Shown here piece by piece: positions 36,206-45,579 of a stretch of DNA of 64,000 bases. Every line of letters starts with the position of its first letter. The first letter of the stretch is position 1. A program made the position numbers and the translations under genes. Origin of the DNA: an uncultured Acidobacteriota bacterium. GTDB lineage: Bacteria; Acidobacteriota; Thermoanaerobaculia; UBA5066. Under the pieces are notes generated by a model. It did no database searches. It saw only the letters and a program-made list of their open reading frames with translations, and was not told the origin of the DNA. The stretch lies in contig CALAQS010000351.1 in assembly GCA_937888435.1 (NCBI GenBank), positions 1,942 to 65,941 of the forward strand, written 5' to 3'.

Positions 36206-37132
36206 ATGCGCAGCCCGTTTCTCCGCCCCGTCGCCCGAATCCTCCTCCTCGCCCTCGCGCCGCTCACGCTCGACGGCTGCGTGTCGATCGGCGTCTCGCG
36301 CGCCGCGCTCGATTCCCCACCCGGCGCCGCCGCGCCGCTGACGGGCGCGCTCACCGTCTCAGTGTTCGAGAAGGCCGGCGACCGCGACGCGGCGCGCGTC
36401 GCCGCGTTCCCGGTCCTGTCCGAGCTCGCCCGCGTGACTGGCTCGGGCGAGGAGGCTGTCGGGCGCTCGATCGCGCCGGCGTGGACCCTCACGGACCTGC
36501 CGCCCGGAAAGTATCGCCTTCGAGTGACGCGGCGTCTCACGGCAGAGGGCGACATCGAGGCCCTCGAGAACCCGGGCGACAAGACCTTCGAAGTCTCCGC
36601 GGGCAAGAAGTCGACGGTGAGCGTCGTCCTGAAGAAGGTGCCCGTCTTCTGGATCGTCCTCGCGGCCGTCACGATCGTCGCTCTCGTCGTCCTCGCGATC
36701 GCCGGCGCCCGCCATCTGCCTCCTCCGCCCCCACTGCCGCCCCTCCCACCCATCTTCGTCGTGATCCCGGTCGGCGGCCACGGCGATTCGGGGCCGCCCG
36801 CTCCCGGCGCCGCCGACATCTTCCCCGCGAAGGGCTCCATCGTGTCCGCGCGGCGCGTGACCGTCACGTTTCTTCTCACAGCGCCGCTCGCGTCGGACGG
36901 CGTGGGCGAGGACGCGGTTCTCGCGCTCGGGTCGAAGTCGGGCGAGATCGCCGGCGCGGTGTCGTATCTTCCGCGCGACGGCCTCCTGAGGTTCTCCCCG
37001 TCACGCGACTTCGCGCCGGGCGAGACGGTGACGGTCACCCTGGACCTGTCGAAGCTCCGCGGCGCGGGCGGCAGAGAGGGCAGTGGCAAGGTCTCGACGA
37101 GCTTCCTCGTGCCAGTCGCCAGGGAGGAGTAG
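36206..37132 (+). CDS. Lipoprotein with a mid-protein TM helix, polyproline tract and C-terminal Ig-like (SbsA-type) domain
   Basis: 308 aa. The lipobox is LTLDGC, followed by a beta-sandwich-like segment (LPPGKYRLRVT). The TM helix is VFWIVLAAVTIVALVVLAIAGA and the proline tract is PPPPPLPPLPP. The C-terminal segment is ADIFPAKGSIVSARRVTVTF...FAPGETVTVTLD. Confidence 0.65.
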   Translation: MRSPFLRPVARILLLALAPLTLDGCVSIGVSRAALDSPPGAAAPLTGALTVSVFEKAGDRDAARVAAFPVLSELARVTGSGEEAVGRSIAPAWTLTDLPPGKYRLRVTRRLTAEGDIEALENPGDKTFEVSAGKKSTVSVVLKKVPVFWIVLAAVTIVALVVLAIAGARHLPPPPPLPPLPPIFVVIPVGGHGDSGPPAPGAADIFPAKGSIVSARRVTVTFLLTAPLASDGVGEDAVLALGSKSGEIAGAVSYLPRDGLLRFSPSRDFAPGETVTVTLDLSKLRGAGGREGSGKVSTSFLVPVAREE

Positions 37133-37150
37133 CGACGGCTGAGCCCAAGC

Positions 37151-37194
37151 TTGACAATGACCATGTGGTCAGTCCAAATAACGGCGTGGTCAGT
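37151..37194 (+). promoter_or_regulatory. Candidate promoter plus TetR operator of the efflux operon
   Basis: TTGACA is at 37151-37156. The perfect 14-bp palindrome TGACCAtgTGGTCA (37158-37171) fills the spacer, followed by ccaaat as a weak -10. GTGGTCAGT recurs at 37186-37194. It lies 24-67 nt upstream of the tetR ATG. Confidence 0.5.
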
Positions 37195-37217
37195 TTGTTG
37201 AACTCGCTCTATCACTT

Positions 37218-37829
37218 ATGACGACCAAGAAGCAGGTCGTCGAGGAGTTTCGCTGCCGTGCGATCCGGGACGCGGCGCTGCGCGTCGTCGGGCGCAAGGG
37301 GCTCGAGAAGGCGACGGTCGACGACATCGCCCGCGAGGCGGGCGTCGCGAAGGGAACCCTCTACCTGTACTTTCGTTCCCGCGACGAGATCATCGAGAAG
37401 ACGATCGGAGCCGCGGTCGACGACCTCCTCGCGCGCCTGCAGCGGGCCGCCGACGGCGCCGGGGAGGGGCCGTTCGACGAGGCGCTCGAGCGCGTCCTCA
37501 CGGCGGAGTTCGCCTACTTCGACGAGAACCGCGACTTCTTCCGCCTCTATTTCGCCTCGGGCGAGTACTCGGAGGACCGCCGGCTGCGCCAGAGCCGCCG
37601 CTACCGCCTGCACATCGACCAGCTCGTGGGGTTGATCGAGAGCGGCCGCCGCCGGGGCGAGCTGAAGAGCCTCGACTCCGAGCGGGCGGCCATCGCGATC
37701 GCCGGCGCGGCGCGCGACCTCATCCTCAGGCGCATCCACGAAAAGGAGCCCCCCCCACCCGAGTCCGACGCCCGCTTCCTGTCGGAGGTGCTGTGTTCGG
37801 GCCTCGCGGCCCGCCGGGTGGAGGGCTGA
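37218..37829 (+). CDS. TetR/AcrR family transcriptional regulator
   Basis: 203 aa. The TetR HTH is AIRDAALRVVGRKGLEKATVDDIAREAGVAKGTLYLYFRSRDEI. Confidence 0.9.
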   Translation: MTTKKQVVEEFRCRAIRDAALRVVGRKGLEKATVDDIAREAGVAKGTLYLYFRSRDEIIEKTIGAAVDDLLARLQRAADGAGEGPFDEALERVLTAEFAYFDENRDFFRLYFASGEYSEDRRLRQSRRYRLHIDQLVGLIESGRRRGELKSLDSERAAIAIAGAARDLILRRIHEKEPPPPESDARFLSEVLCSGLAARRVEG

Positions 37830-38650
37830 TGTCCGGGCCTGTGCTCTGCGCCGTCGATCTCACCGCTCCGGCGGACGGGACGGCGAGGTTCGCGGCGGTC
37901 TTCGCGCGCGTCACGGGCTCCCCCGTCACGCTCCTCCATGTGCGCGAGCGCGGGGAGGCGGAGCCCGCGGCGGCGGCGCGCCTCGCGGCGCTCGCGCTCA
38001 TCATCGCCGGAACGGGCCTCACGGTGCACACGGAGTCCACGGAGGGCGATCCGGCCGAGGCGATCGTCCGGCGCGCCACGGCGCTGGACGCCTCCGCCAT
38101 CGTCATGGGCACCCACGGGGGCCACGGCCTGGAGCGACTGATGCTCGGGTCCGTCGCCGAGAGCGTGTTGCATCGGACCGCGAGGCCCGTCGCAACGCTG
38201 CGCGGCCCGGGGCACGCGGGCGGTCCGATCCGGAAGATCCTCTGCGGCGCCGACCTCGCGGATCCCGCGCCCCTGCGCTACGCGGCCGCCCTCGCGCGGC
38301 GCTCCGCGGCGGAACTCGTCGTCGTCCACGCCGTTCAGGATCTGCCGGAGGTAGGCAGGCACGGCCTCGTTCCCGCGTCCTACGGGCCCACTCTTCTCGA
38401 AGAGGCGCGCCAGAGCCTCGGCCGGGCGGTCGCCTGCCTCGACCCCTTCCCGGGGCACATTTCGATCCGCGTCGTTCCGGGCCCGGCTTCGCACGCCCTC
38501 CTGCGGTGCGCCGACGACGAATCCGCGGACCTGCTCGTGGTCGGAGTCCATCCCCACGTCCTCGGCTCGACGACTCACCCGATCGTTCGCGGCGCCAACT
38601 GTCCCGTCCTCACCGTTCCCGGCGGAGCCGGCGGAGTAGAAATCGCATGA
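37829..38650 (+). CDS. Universal stress protein (tandem USP domains)
   Basis: The start at ATG 37829 overlaps the tetR TGA (MSGPVLCAVDLT). There are two USP units, each ending in the G-x2-G-x9-G(S/T) type motif (IVMGTHGGHGLERLMLGSVAESVLH; LLVVGVHPHVLGSTTHPIVRGANCPVL). Confidence 0.85.
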   Translation: MSGPVLCAVDLTAPADGTARFAAVFARVTGSPVTLLHVRERGEAEPAAAARLAALALIIAGTGLTVHTESTEGDPAEAIVRRATALDASAIVMGTHGGHGLERLMLGSVAESVLHRTARPVATLRGPGHAGGPIRKILCGADLADPAPLRYAAALARRSAAELVVVHAVQDLPEVGRHGLVPASYGPTLLEEARQSLGRAVACLDPFPGHISIRVVPGPASHALLRCADDESADLLVVGVHPHVLGSTTHPIVRGANCPVLTVPGGAGGVEIA

Positions 38651-39783
38651 CCAGACGCCTTCTCGTCCTCGTCCTTCCTCTCGCGGCCTTCGCCTGCTCG
38701 CGCGCGAAGGCCCCCGCGCCTCCTCCTCCGAAGGTCGTCGTGACGCCCGCGATCCAACGCGACGAGCCGATTCTCCGGGAGTGGATCGGCACGACGGAGG
38801 GCGACGTCAACGCGGACATCCGCCCGCACGTGGAGGGATATCTCCTGAGGCGCGTCTACAAGGAGGGGAGCTTCGTCCCGCAGGGCGAGCTCCTGTTCGA
38901 GATCGATCCGCGCCAGTTCGAGGCCCAGCTCCAGCAGGCCGAGGCCAACCTCGAGCAGGCGAAGGCCGCGCTCGCGAAGGCCGATCTCGACGTGTCCCGC
39001 GCCGAGCCTCTGGCAGTCCAGCGGGCCGTCAGCCAGCAGGAGCTCGATAACGCTCGCTCCGCGCAGCGCGGCGCCAGGGCCACGGTGGGCGCCCTCGAGG
39101 CGGCCGTCGCGCAGGCGCGGCTCAACCTGTCGTGGACCCGGGTCACGTCCCCGATCCCGGGCATCGCCGGAATCGCGCAGCAGCAGGTCGGCGACCTCGT
39201 CAACGGACAGACGGTGCTCACGACCGTGTCGAAGGTCGATCCGCTTCGCGTGCTCTATCAGCTCGGCGAGCAGGAGTACCTCGAGCTCGAGCGCGACCCC
39301 GCCATGCAGAACACGGAGCTCGAGCTCGTCCTCTCGGACGGCACCGTGTTCCCCCACAAGGGGCACGTGCTCCTCACGGGGCGCAACGTGGACGTGCGCA
39401 CCGGAACGATCGCGACGATCGGCCTCTTCCCCAACCCCGGTAACGTTCTCCGTCCGGGCCAGTACGCGAAGGTGCGCGCCGTCGTCAAGGTGCGGAAGGG
39501 CGCGATCCTCGTCCCCCAGCGCGCGGTCAACGAGATGCAGGGTTCGTATCAGATCGCCGTCATCGGCGCCGACGACAAGGCGCAGATCCGAACGGTCAAG
39601 GCGGCCGAGCGCATCGGGAGCCTGTGGGTGATCGAAGAGGGCCTGAAGGCCGGTGAGCGCGTCGTCGTGGAAGGGTTCTCGCGGGTCAAATCGGGGACGG
39701 TCGTCTCGGCCAGCGACGCCGCTGCTCCGGCGGCTGCGAGCTCGGCGACGGCGGTGCCCCTGACGGCGACCGCAGGAAAGTGA
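38647..39783 (+). CDS. RND efflux periplasmic adaptor (membrane fusion protein), lipoprotein
   Basis: The ATG at 38647 forms an ATGA overlap with the usp stop. The lipobox is LAAFACS. Blocks are [40 protein letters not shown], the coiled hairpin, and [12 protein letters not shown]. Confidence 0.9.
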   Translation: MTRRLLVLVLPLAAFACSRAKAPAPPPPKVVVTPAIQRDEPILREWIGTTEGDVNADIRPHVEGYLLRRVYKEGSFVPQGELLFEIDPRQFEAQLQQAEANLEQAKAALAKADLDVSRAEPLAVQRAVSQQELDNARSAQRGARATVGALEAAVAQARLNLSWTRVTSPIPGIAGIAQQQVGDLVNGQTVLTTVSKVDPLRVLYQLGEQEYLELERDPAMQNTELELVLSDGTVFPHKGHVLLTGRNVDVRTGTIATIGLFPNPGNVLRPGQYAKVRAVVKVRKGAILVPQRAVNEMQGSYQIAVIGADDKAQIRTVKAAERIGSLWVIEEGLKAGERVVVEGFSRVKSGTVVSASDAAAPAAASSATAVPLTATAGK

Positions 39784-39787
39784 CTCC

Positions 39788-42700
39788 ATGGCCCGCTTCT
39801 TCATCAACAGGCCCATCGTCGCGATCGTCATCGCGATTCTGACCGTCCTCGGCGGGCTCATCGCGATGCTGGGCCTGCCGGTCGCGCAGTTTCCCGACAT
39901 CGTCCCGCCGCTCATCCAGATCCAGACCTCGTACCCGGGCGCCGACGCGCTCACGATCGAGCAGTCGGTCGCCACGCCGATCGAACAGCAGATGAACGGC
40001 GTCGAGGACATGCTGTACCTCCAGTCGGTGAACGCGAACGACGGCACGATCACCGTACGCGTCACGTTCGACGTCGGCACCGACCGCAATGCCGACCAGG
40101 TCAACGCCCAGAACCGCGTGGCGCAGGCGCTGCCGAGCATCCCGGTCGAGGTGAACCAGTTCGGGCTCACCTACCGCAAGACGCAGGGCACGCCGCTCAT
40201 GCTCATCTCGCTCTACTCGCCCAAGGGGACGTACGACGGCCTGTTCCTCGGGAACTACGCGCTCATCAACGTCAACGACGCGCTCTATCGGGTCAACGGC
40301 GTCGGGCAGGTCCTAAATTTCGGCGCGTCCGACTACGCGATGCGGATCTGGGTCCACCCCGACCAGCTCGCGAAGCTCGGCCTCACGGTCGGCGACCTGA
40401 CCCGCGCGGTCCAGCAGCAGAGCACCGTGAACCCCGCCGGCCAGGTGGGCGCCGAGCCGGCCCCGAAGGGGCAGGAGTTCACGTATACGGTTCGCTCCCA
40501 GGGACGGCTTCTGACGCCAGAGCAGTTCGCGAAGATCGTCGTGCGCCTCAACCCGGACGGCTCCGCCGTGCGCCTCGGCGACGTCTCTCGGATCGAGCTC
40601 GGCGCCCTCACGTACAAGCAGATCGGCCGGATGAACGGCAAGGCCGCGTCGATCATCGCCATCTTCCAGGCGCCGGGGTCCAACGCGCTCGCCGTCTCCG
40701 AAGCCACTCGCAAGGCGATGGAGGAGCTCAAGCAGCGCTTCCCGGAGGACATCGACTACGCGGTCTCCGTCGACACGACGGCGCCCGTCACGGAGGGCAT
40801 CCGCGAGATCGTCATCACTCTCGGCGAGGCGATGCTTCTCGTCCTCCTCGTCGTCTTCATCTTCCTCCAGAACTGGCGGGCGACGCTCATTCCGCTCGTC
40901 GCGGTGCCGGTGTCGCTGATCGGCACGTTCGCCGTCTTTCCGCTCCTCGGATTCTCGATCAACACGCTCTCGCTCTTCGGGCTCGTCCTCGCGATCGGGC
41001 TCGTCGTTGACGACGCGATCGTCGTCGTCGAGGCCGTGGAACGCCACATCGAGGAGGGGATGACGCCGCGCGACGCGACGCTCCAGGCGATGCGCGAAGT
41101 CTCGGGACCGGTCGTCGCGATCGCGCTCATCCTGTCGTCCGTGTTCCTGCCGGTCGCCTTCCTCGGCGGCATCCAGGGGCGTCTGAACAAGCAGTTCGCG
41201 GTCACCATCGCGATCTCCGTCCTCATCTCGGCGTTCAACGCGCTCAGCCTCGCGCCCGCCCTCTCCGCGCTTCTCCTGCGCCGGCGAACGGAGAGCAAGG
41301 GCCTGCTCGCGCGATTCTTCGGGGGATTCAACCGCGCCTTCCAGCGCGCGACGAGGGGCTACATCTCGGTTTCCAGCCTCCTCATCCGCCGCTCGCTCAT
41401 CGCGCTTCTGATCCTCGGCGGCTTCGCCGTTCTCGCGGGGGGGCTTGGCAAGAAGATCCCGGGAAGCTTCGTCCCAGAGGAGGACCAGGGCTATTTCTAC
41501 CTGAACGTCCAGCTCCCCGACGCGGCCTCGCTGCAGCGCACGGACGACGTGTGCCGCAAGGTCGAGAAGATTCTCGCCGAGACGAAGGGCATCAAGTACT
41601 ACAACACCGTCGTGGGGTTCAGCCTGCTCTCGTACGTCTCGGCGACGTACAACGGCTTCTATTTCGTGTCGCTCCAGCCGTGGCACGAGCGCGACAAGGA
41701 CGGTCTCGACGCCAAGACGCTGATCGACCGCCTGAACAAGCGCTTCCGATCCGAGATCTCCGAGGGGACCGTCTTCGGGTTCATGCCACCGGCGATTCCC
41801 GGCCTCGGAGCCGCCGGAGGCTTTTCCCTCTGGCTCCAGGACCGGACAGGCGGCTCGGTCGACTTCCTGAACGACAACCTGCAGAAGTTCCTCGAAGCGG
41901 CCCGCAAAAGGCCGGAGATCGGAAGCGTGAACAGCACGTTTCGCGCCGCGGTCCCACAGGTCTTCGTCGACGTCGACCGGGACAAGGCGCTCAAGCAGGG
42001 CGTGCCGGTCGCCGACGTGTATCAGAGCCTCCAGACGTTCCTGGGCGGGACGTACATCAACCAGTTCAACCGTTTCGGCCGCCAGTGGCGCGTATTCATG
42101 CAGGCGGACGCCGCGGACCGCATAAAGCCCGAGGACATCGCCGGGTTCTACGTGCGGAACTCTCAGGGGGGGATGGTGCCGCTCTCGGCGCTGACGACGA
42201 TCCGCCAAACCGCCGGGCCCGAATACACGCAGCGGTTCAACCTCTACCGTGCGGCGCAGGTCACGGGCAGCGCCGCCGCGGGCTACAGCTCGGGACAGGC
42301 GATGGCCGCGCTCGAAGAGGTCGCCGCCCAGGCCCTTCCCCGGGAGATCGGGTACGACTGGTCGGATCTCTCGTACCAGGAGAAGAAGGCGTCGGGCACG
42401 ACTGGCCGGATCTTCGGGCTCTCGCTCGTCTTCGTCTTCCTTATTCTCGCGGCCCTCTACGAGAGCTGGTCCCTGCCGTTGAGCGTGCTGCTCTCGGTTC
42501 CCGTCGCGGTCTTCGGTGGCTTTCTCGGCCTCCTCCTTCGTCACTACGATTTCGACGTCTACGGGCAGATCGGCCTCATCGTCCTCATCGGCCTCGCGGC
42601 CAAGAACGCGATCCTGATCGTCGAATTCGCGAAGACGGAGCTCGAGAAGGGGAAAGACCTCGTCGAGGCCGCGCTCCAGGGCGCGCAGCTTCGCCTTCGC

Positions 42701-42973
42701 CCCATCCTCATGACGTCTTTCGCGTTCATCCTCGGCTGCGTGCCGCTGTGGATCGCGCAGGGCGCGGGCGCGGCCTCGCGGCGCATTCTCGGGACGGTCG
42801 TCGTCGCGGGAATGCTCACGGCGACCTGCCTCGCGATCTTCCTCATCCCGGTTCTCTTCGTGGTCGTCGAGCGAAGGCTCGGGAGCATGCGCGGGAAGAC
42901 GCAGGCGCCGCGGAAGGCCGGGACGGGACCGGAAGTCGAGTCCGCGATTGCCTCCTCGGGGGATCAGTCGTGA
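39788..42973 (+). CDS. RND multidrug efflux permease (HAE1, AcrB/MexB family)
   Basis: 1061 aa. It begins [18 protein letters not shown] and has the 12-TM architecture, [12 protein letters not shown] and [15 protein letters not shown]. Confidence 0.95.
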   Translation: MARFFINRPIVAIVIAILTVLGGLIAMLGLPVAQFPDIVPPLIQIQTSYPGADALTIEQSVATPIEQQMNGVEDMLYLQSVNANDGTITVRVTFDVGTDRNADQVNAQNRVAQALPSIPVEVNQFGLTYRKTQGTPLMLISLYSPKGTYDGLFLGNYALINVNDALYRVNGVGQVLNFGASDYAMRIWVHPDQLAKLGLTVGDLTRAVQQQSTVNPAGQVGAEPAPKGQEFTYTVRSQGRLLTPEQFAKIVVRLNPDGSAVRLGDVSRIELGALTYKQIGRMNGKAASIIAIFQAPGSNALAVSEATRKAMEELKQRFPEDIDYAVSVDTTAPVTEGIREIVITLGEAMLLVLLVVFIFLQNWRATLIPLVAVPVSLIGTFAVFPLLGFSINTLSLFGLVLAIGLVVDDAIVVVEAVERHIEEGMTPRDATLQAMREVSGPVVAIALILSSVFLPVAFLGGIQGRLNKQFAVTIAISVLISAFNALSLAPALSALLLRRRTESKGLLARFFGGFNRAFQRATRGYISVSSLLIRRSLIALLILGGFAVLAGGLGKKIPGSFVPEEDQGYFYLNVQLPDAASLQRTDDVCRKVEKILAETKGIKYYNTVVGFSLLSYVSATYNGFYFVSLQPWHERDKDGLDAKTLIDRLNKRFRSEISEGTVFGFMPPAIPGLGAAGGFSLWLQDRTGGSVDFLNDNLQKFLEAARKRPEIGSVNSTFRAAVPQVFVDVDRDKALKQGVPVADVYQSLQTFLGGTYINQFNRFGRQWRVFMQADAADRIKPEDIAGFYVRNSQGGMVPLSALTTIRQTAGPEYTQRFNLYRAAQVTGSAAAGYSSGQAMAALEEVAAQALPREIGYDWSDLSYQEKKASGTTGRIFGLSLVFVFLILAALYESWSLPLSVLLSVPVAVFGGFLGLLLRHYDFDVYGQIGLIVLIGLAAKNAILIVEFAKTELEKGKDLVEAALQGAQLRLRPILMTSFAFILGCVPLWIAQGAGAASRRILGTVVVAGMLTATCLAIFLIPVLFVVVERRLGSMRGKTQAPRKAGTGPEVESAIASSGDQS

Positions 42974-44400
42974 AGCGCCTGGCTCCCGCCTTCGCTTTCG
43001 CCCTCGCCGCGACCGGCGCGCTCTCAGGCTGCGCCGTGGGCCCGAACTACCAGCGTCCCGTGCTTCCCGCGCCGGAAAGCTTCTACGGATCGTCTCGGTC
43101 CGCGTCGGATGCCTCGTTCGCGGACACCCAATGGTGGGATGTCTTCGCGGACCCGGTCCTCCGCTCGCTCGTCGAGGAAGCGCTCCGAAACGGTTACGAC
43201 GTCCGCCTCGCCGCCGCGAGGGTCGAGGAGTCCCGCGCCCGTTACGGGATCGCGAGCTCTCTCTATTACCCGGACCTCGGCTATTCGGCAGGGCTGAGCC
43301 GCGTCCACACATCGGCCTATTCCCTTCCGGGCAACGTGACCGGAAATCAGGTCACCGCGAACGCTCTCGTCTCCTGGGAGCTCGACGTCTGGGGACGCGT
43401 GCGGCGCCTCAACGAGGCCGCCCGGGCTCAGTATCTGGCGACCGAAGAAGGCCGGAGAGCAGTCGTTCTCTCGCTCGTCGCGGACGTCGCGTCCGCGTAC
43501 TTCGACCTCAGGGACCTGGACGCCGAGCTCGAGATCTCGCGGCGCACGCGCGCGACGTTCCAGGACACGTACGACCTCTTCAGCCGCCGGCTCGCGGGCG
43601 GCGCCGCCTCGGCCCTCGAAACGGCGCGCGCCGAGGCTCTCCTCGACAACGCGTCGGCCCAGATTCCCGCCCTCGAACAGCGCATCGTGGCGCGTGAGAA
43701 CCAGATCACGCTACTCCTCGGGCGTTCACCCGGGCCCGTACCGCGGGGCGCCGCGCTCACCGAGCAGGCGATGCCTCCGGTCGTGCCCGCGGGCTTGCCG
43801 TCGGCGCTCCTTCTCCGGCGTCCGGACGTGCGGGCCGCCGAGCAGAGCCTCGTCGCCGCGAACGCGAACGTCGGCGTGGCGCGCGCGGCGTTCTATCCCA
43901 CGCTGAGCATCACCGGACTCTTCGGCGGGCTCAGCACGGGCCTCCAGGATCTCTTCGCGGCCGGCCGCACCTGGTCCATCGGGGCGGGCCTCCTCGGCCC
44001 GCTCTTCGCGGGAGGCAGCCTCAGGGCGCAGGAGCGCATCGCGCGAGCGCAGTTCGACCAGGCCCGCGTGGCATACGAGCAGGCCTTCACGCGCGCCCTC
44101 GGGGAGGTCTCGAGCGATCTCGTCGCGATCGAGAAGCTCGCCGCCGAGGAGACGGAGCGCGAACGTTCCGTCCACGCGACGCGCGAGGCCGTCCGCCTCG
44201 CCACGCTGCGGTACGAGTCGGGCCTTTCGGCGTACTTCGAGGTCCTGGACGCGCTTCAGTTGCTCCTGCCCGCCGAGACCGCCCTCGTTCAGACGCGCCG
44301 CGACCGGCTCACGGCGTTCGTCTCGTTCTATCGCGCGCTCGGCGGCGGATGGAACGACGCCCCACCTCCGCCGCCACCGGCGCCACCGGCGCACCTGTAA
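42970..44400 (+). CDS. Efflux outer membrane factor lipoprotein (NodT/OprM family)
   Basis: Only the last 476 aa of track ORF 41551..44400 look real. The GTG at 42970 forms a GTGA overlap with the RND stop. The lipobox is [13 protein letters not shown]. It also has WW..F.DP.L..L, tandem OEP repeats and YRALGGGW at the end. Confidence 0.9.
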   Translation: MKRLAPAFAFALAATGALSGCAVGPNYQRPVLPAPESFYGSSRSASDASFADTQWWDVFADPVLRSLVEEALRNGYDVRLAAARVEESRARYGIASSLYYPDLGYSAGLSRVHTSAYSLPGNVTGNQVTANALVSWELDVWGRVRRLNEAARAQYLATEEGRRAVVLSLVADVASAYFDLRDLDAELEISRRTRATFQDTYDLFSRRLAGGAASALETARAEALLDNASAQIPALEQRIVARENQITLLLGRSPGPVPRGAALTEQAMPPVVPAGLPSALLLRRPDVRAAEQSLVAANANVGVARAAFYPTLSITGLFGGLSTGLQDLFAAGRTWSIGAGLLGPLFAGGSLRAQERIARAQFDQARVAYEQAFTRALGEVSSDLVAIEKLAAEETERERSVHATREAVRLATLRYESGLSAYFEVLDALQLLLPAETALVQTRRDRLTAFVSFYRALGGGWNDAPPPPPPAPPAHL

Positions 44401-44414
44401 ACTGCCCACCGCAC

Positions 44415-45572
44415 ATGGCCCGCTGGGAGCGCAAGGAGATCGTCCTCCGCACGAGTGCCGTCGGCCAGGCGATGACCGCCCCGGTCTTCTGGTGCCACGG
44501 CCGCAATCCGCGGCCCCTCGCGTACATCCAGGCGAACGTACATGGAGCCGAGCTGCAGGGAAACGCGGCGATCCTCGCGCTCTTCGACCTCCTCGAGAAA
44601 GAGCCCCCGCGCGGAAGCCTCATCCTCGTCCCCCGCGTGAACCCTGTCGCGGCGAACCAGCAGGTCGGCGACTACGTGTCGGGCGTTTTCGACCTCGCGA
44701 GCGGCGTCAACTTCAACCGCGGCTACATCAACCTGACGGGGCCCTCGCGCGGAAGCTCCGCGTGCTACGTGGACGTGGAGGCCTTTGCCGCCGTCCACCG
44801 CGACGCGACGCTCGCCGAGATCCGGGACGGCTTCCACGAAGCCCTCAAAGCCGCGCTTTCGGCCGTGCGCGACTCCGTCGGCCCGTGGGGCATGGAGGCC
44901 CGCCTCGAGTTCGCCCTCGCGATTCAGGAGCTGGCGATCGAGGCCGACGTCGTTCTCGACCTCCACACGGGCGACCGCGCCCCGCGCTACGTCTACGCAC
45001 CCGAGGGCGCGACCGCGGCGACGCGCGCCTTCGGGATTCCGTTCGTCCTCGAGGTGCCGCCCCGCTTCGCCGGCGCGCTGGACGAGGCGTCGTTCGTCCC
45101 GTGGAACGACCTCGCGGAAGCCTTTCGCCGCTTGAATCGCACGGACGTCAGGCGGTTCGTGGACGGATTCACGATCGAGCTGGGCTCCATGAACGCGTTC
45201 TCGATGGCCCAGGGCGTCGAGGATGCCAAGCGCATCGCCTCGGCCCTGCGCTACTACGGCGTCCTCGACGGCGAGCCCGACGAGCCCGCGTACCGCATCG
45301 TGGCGTGTTCGGTGGGCGACTATAAATCCATCTACGCGCCGGCCTCGGGGCTCGTGGACGCGATTCTCTCGCCCGGCACCCCCGTGAGAAAAGGCGATCT
45401 CCTCGCCCGCATGGTCGACCCGTCGCGCTGCTCGATCCCGCCGCGCGCGCAGGACGCCGTCGTGGAAGTGCGCGCGCCGGACGACGGCGTCGTTCTCCTG
45501 TTCCACGCGTTCTCCTCGATCCCGAAGGGCGCGCGGCTCCTCTCGATGATGACGAACACGCGCACGCTCTGA
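44415..45572 (+). CDS. Succinylglutamate desuccinylase/aspartoacylase (AstE/AspA, M14-like) family protein
   Basis: The likely start is ATG 44415 (MARWERKEIVL). Blocks are IQANVHGAELQGNAA (zinc HxxE), LVPRVNPVA and VVLDLHTG. It begins 14 nt after the OMF stop. Confidence 0.8.
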   Translation: MARWERKEIVLRTSAVGQAMTAPVFWCHGRNPRPLAYIQANVHGAELQGNAAILALFDLLEKEPPRGSLILVPRVNPVAANQQVGDYVSGVFDLASGVNFNRGYINLTGPSRGSSACYVDVEAFAAVHRDATLAEIRDGFHEALKAALSAVRDSVGPWGMEARLEFALAIQELAIEADVVLDLHTGDRAPRYVYAPEGATAATRAFGIPFVLEVPPRFAGALDEASFVPWNDLAEAFRRLNRTDVRRFVDGFTIELGSMNAFSMAQGVEDAKRIASALRYYGVLDGEPDEPAYRIVACSVGDYKSIYAPASGLVDAILSPGTPVRKGDLLARMVDPSRCSIPPRAQDAVVEVRAPDDGVVLLFHAFSSIPKGARLLSMMTNTRTL

Positions 45573-45579
45573 GCGTGCC

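Noticed and set aside
41551-44400. 949-aa ORF overlapping the 3' third of the RND permease gene
   Set aside because: The N-terminal 473 aa are Arg/Pro-rich shadow sequence of the acrB-like gene. The genuine outer-membrane factor starts at GTG 42970 with a lipobox.
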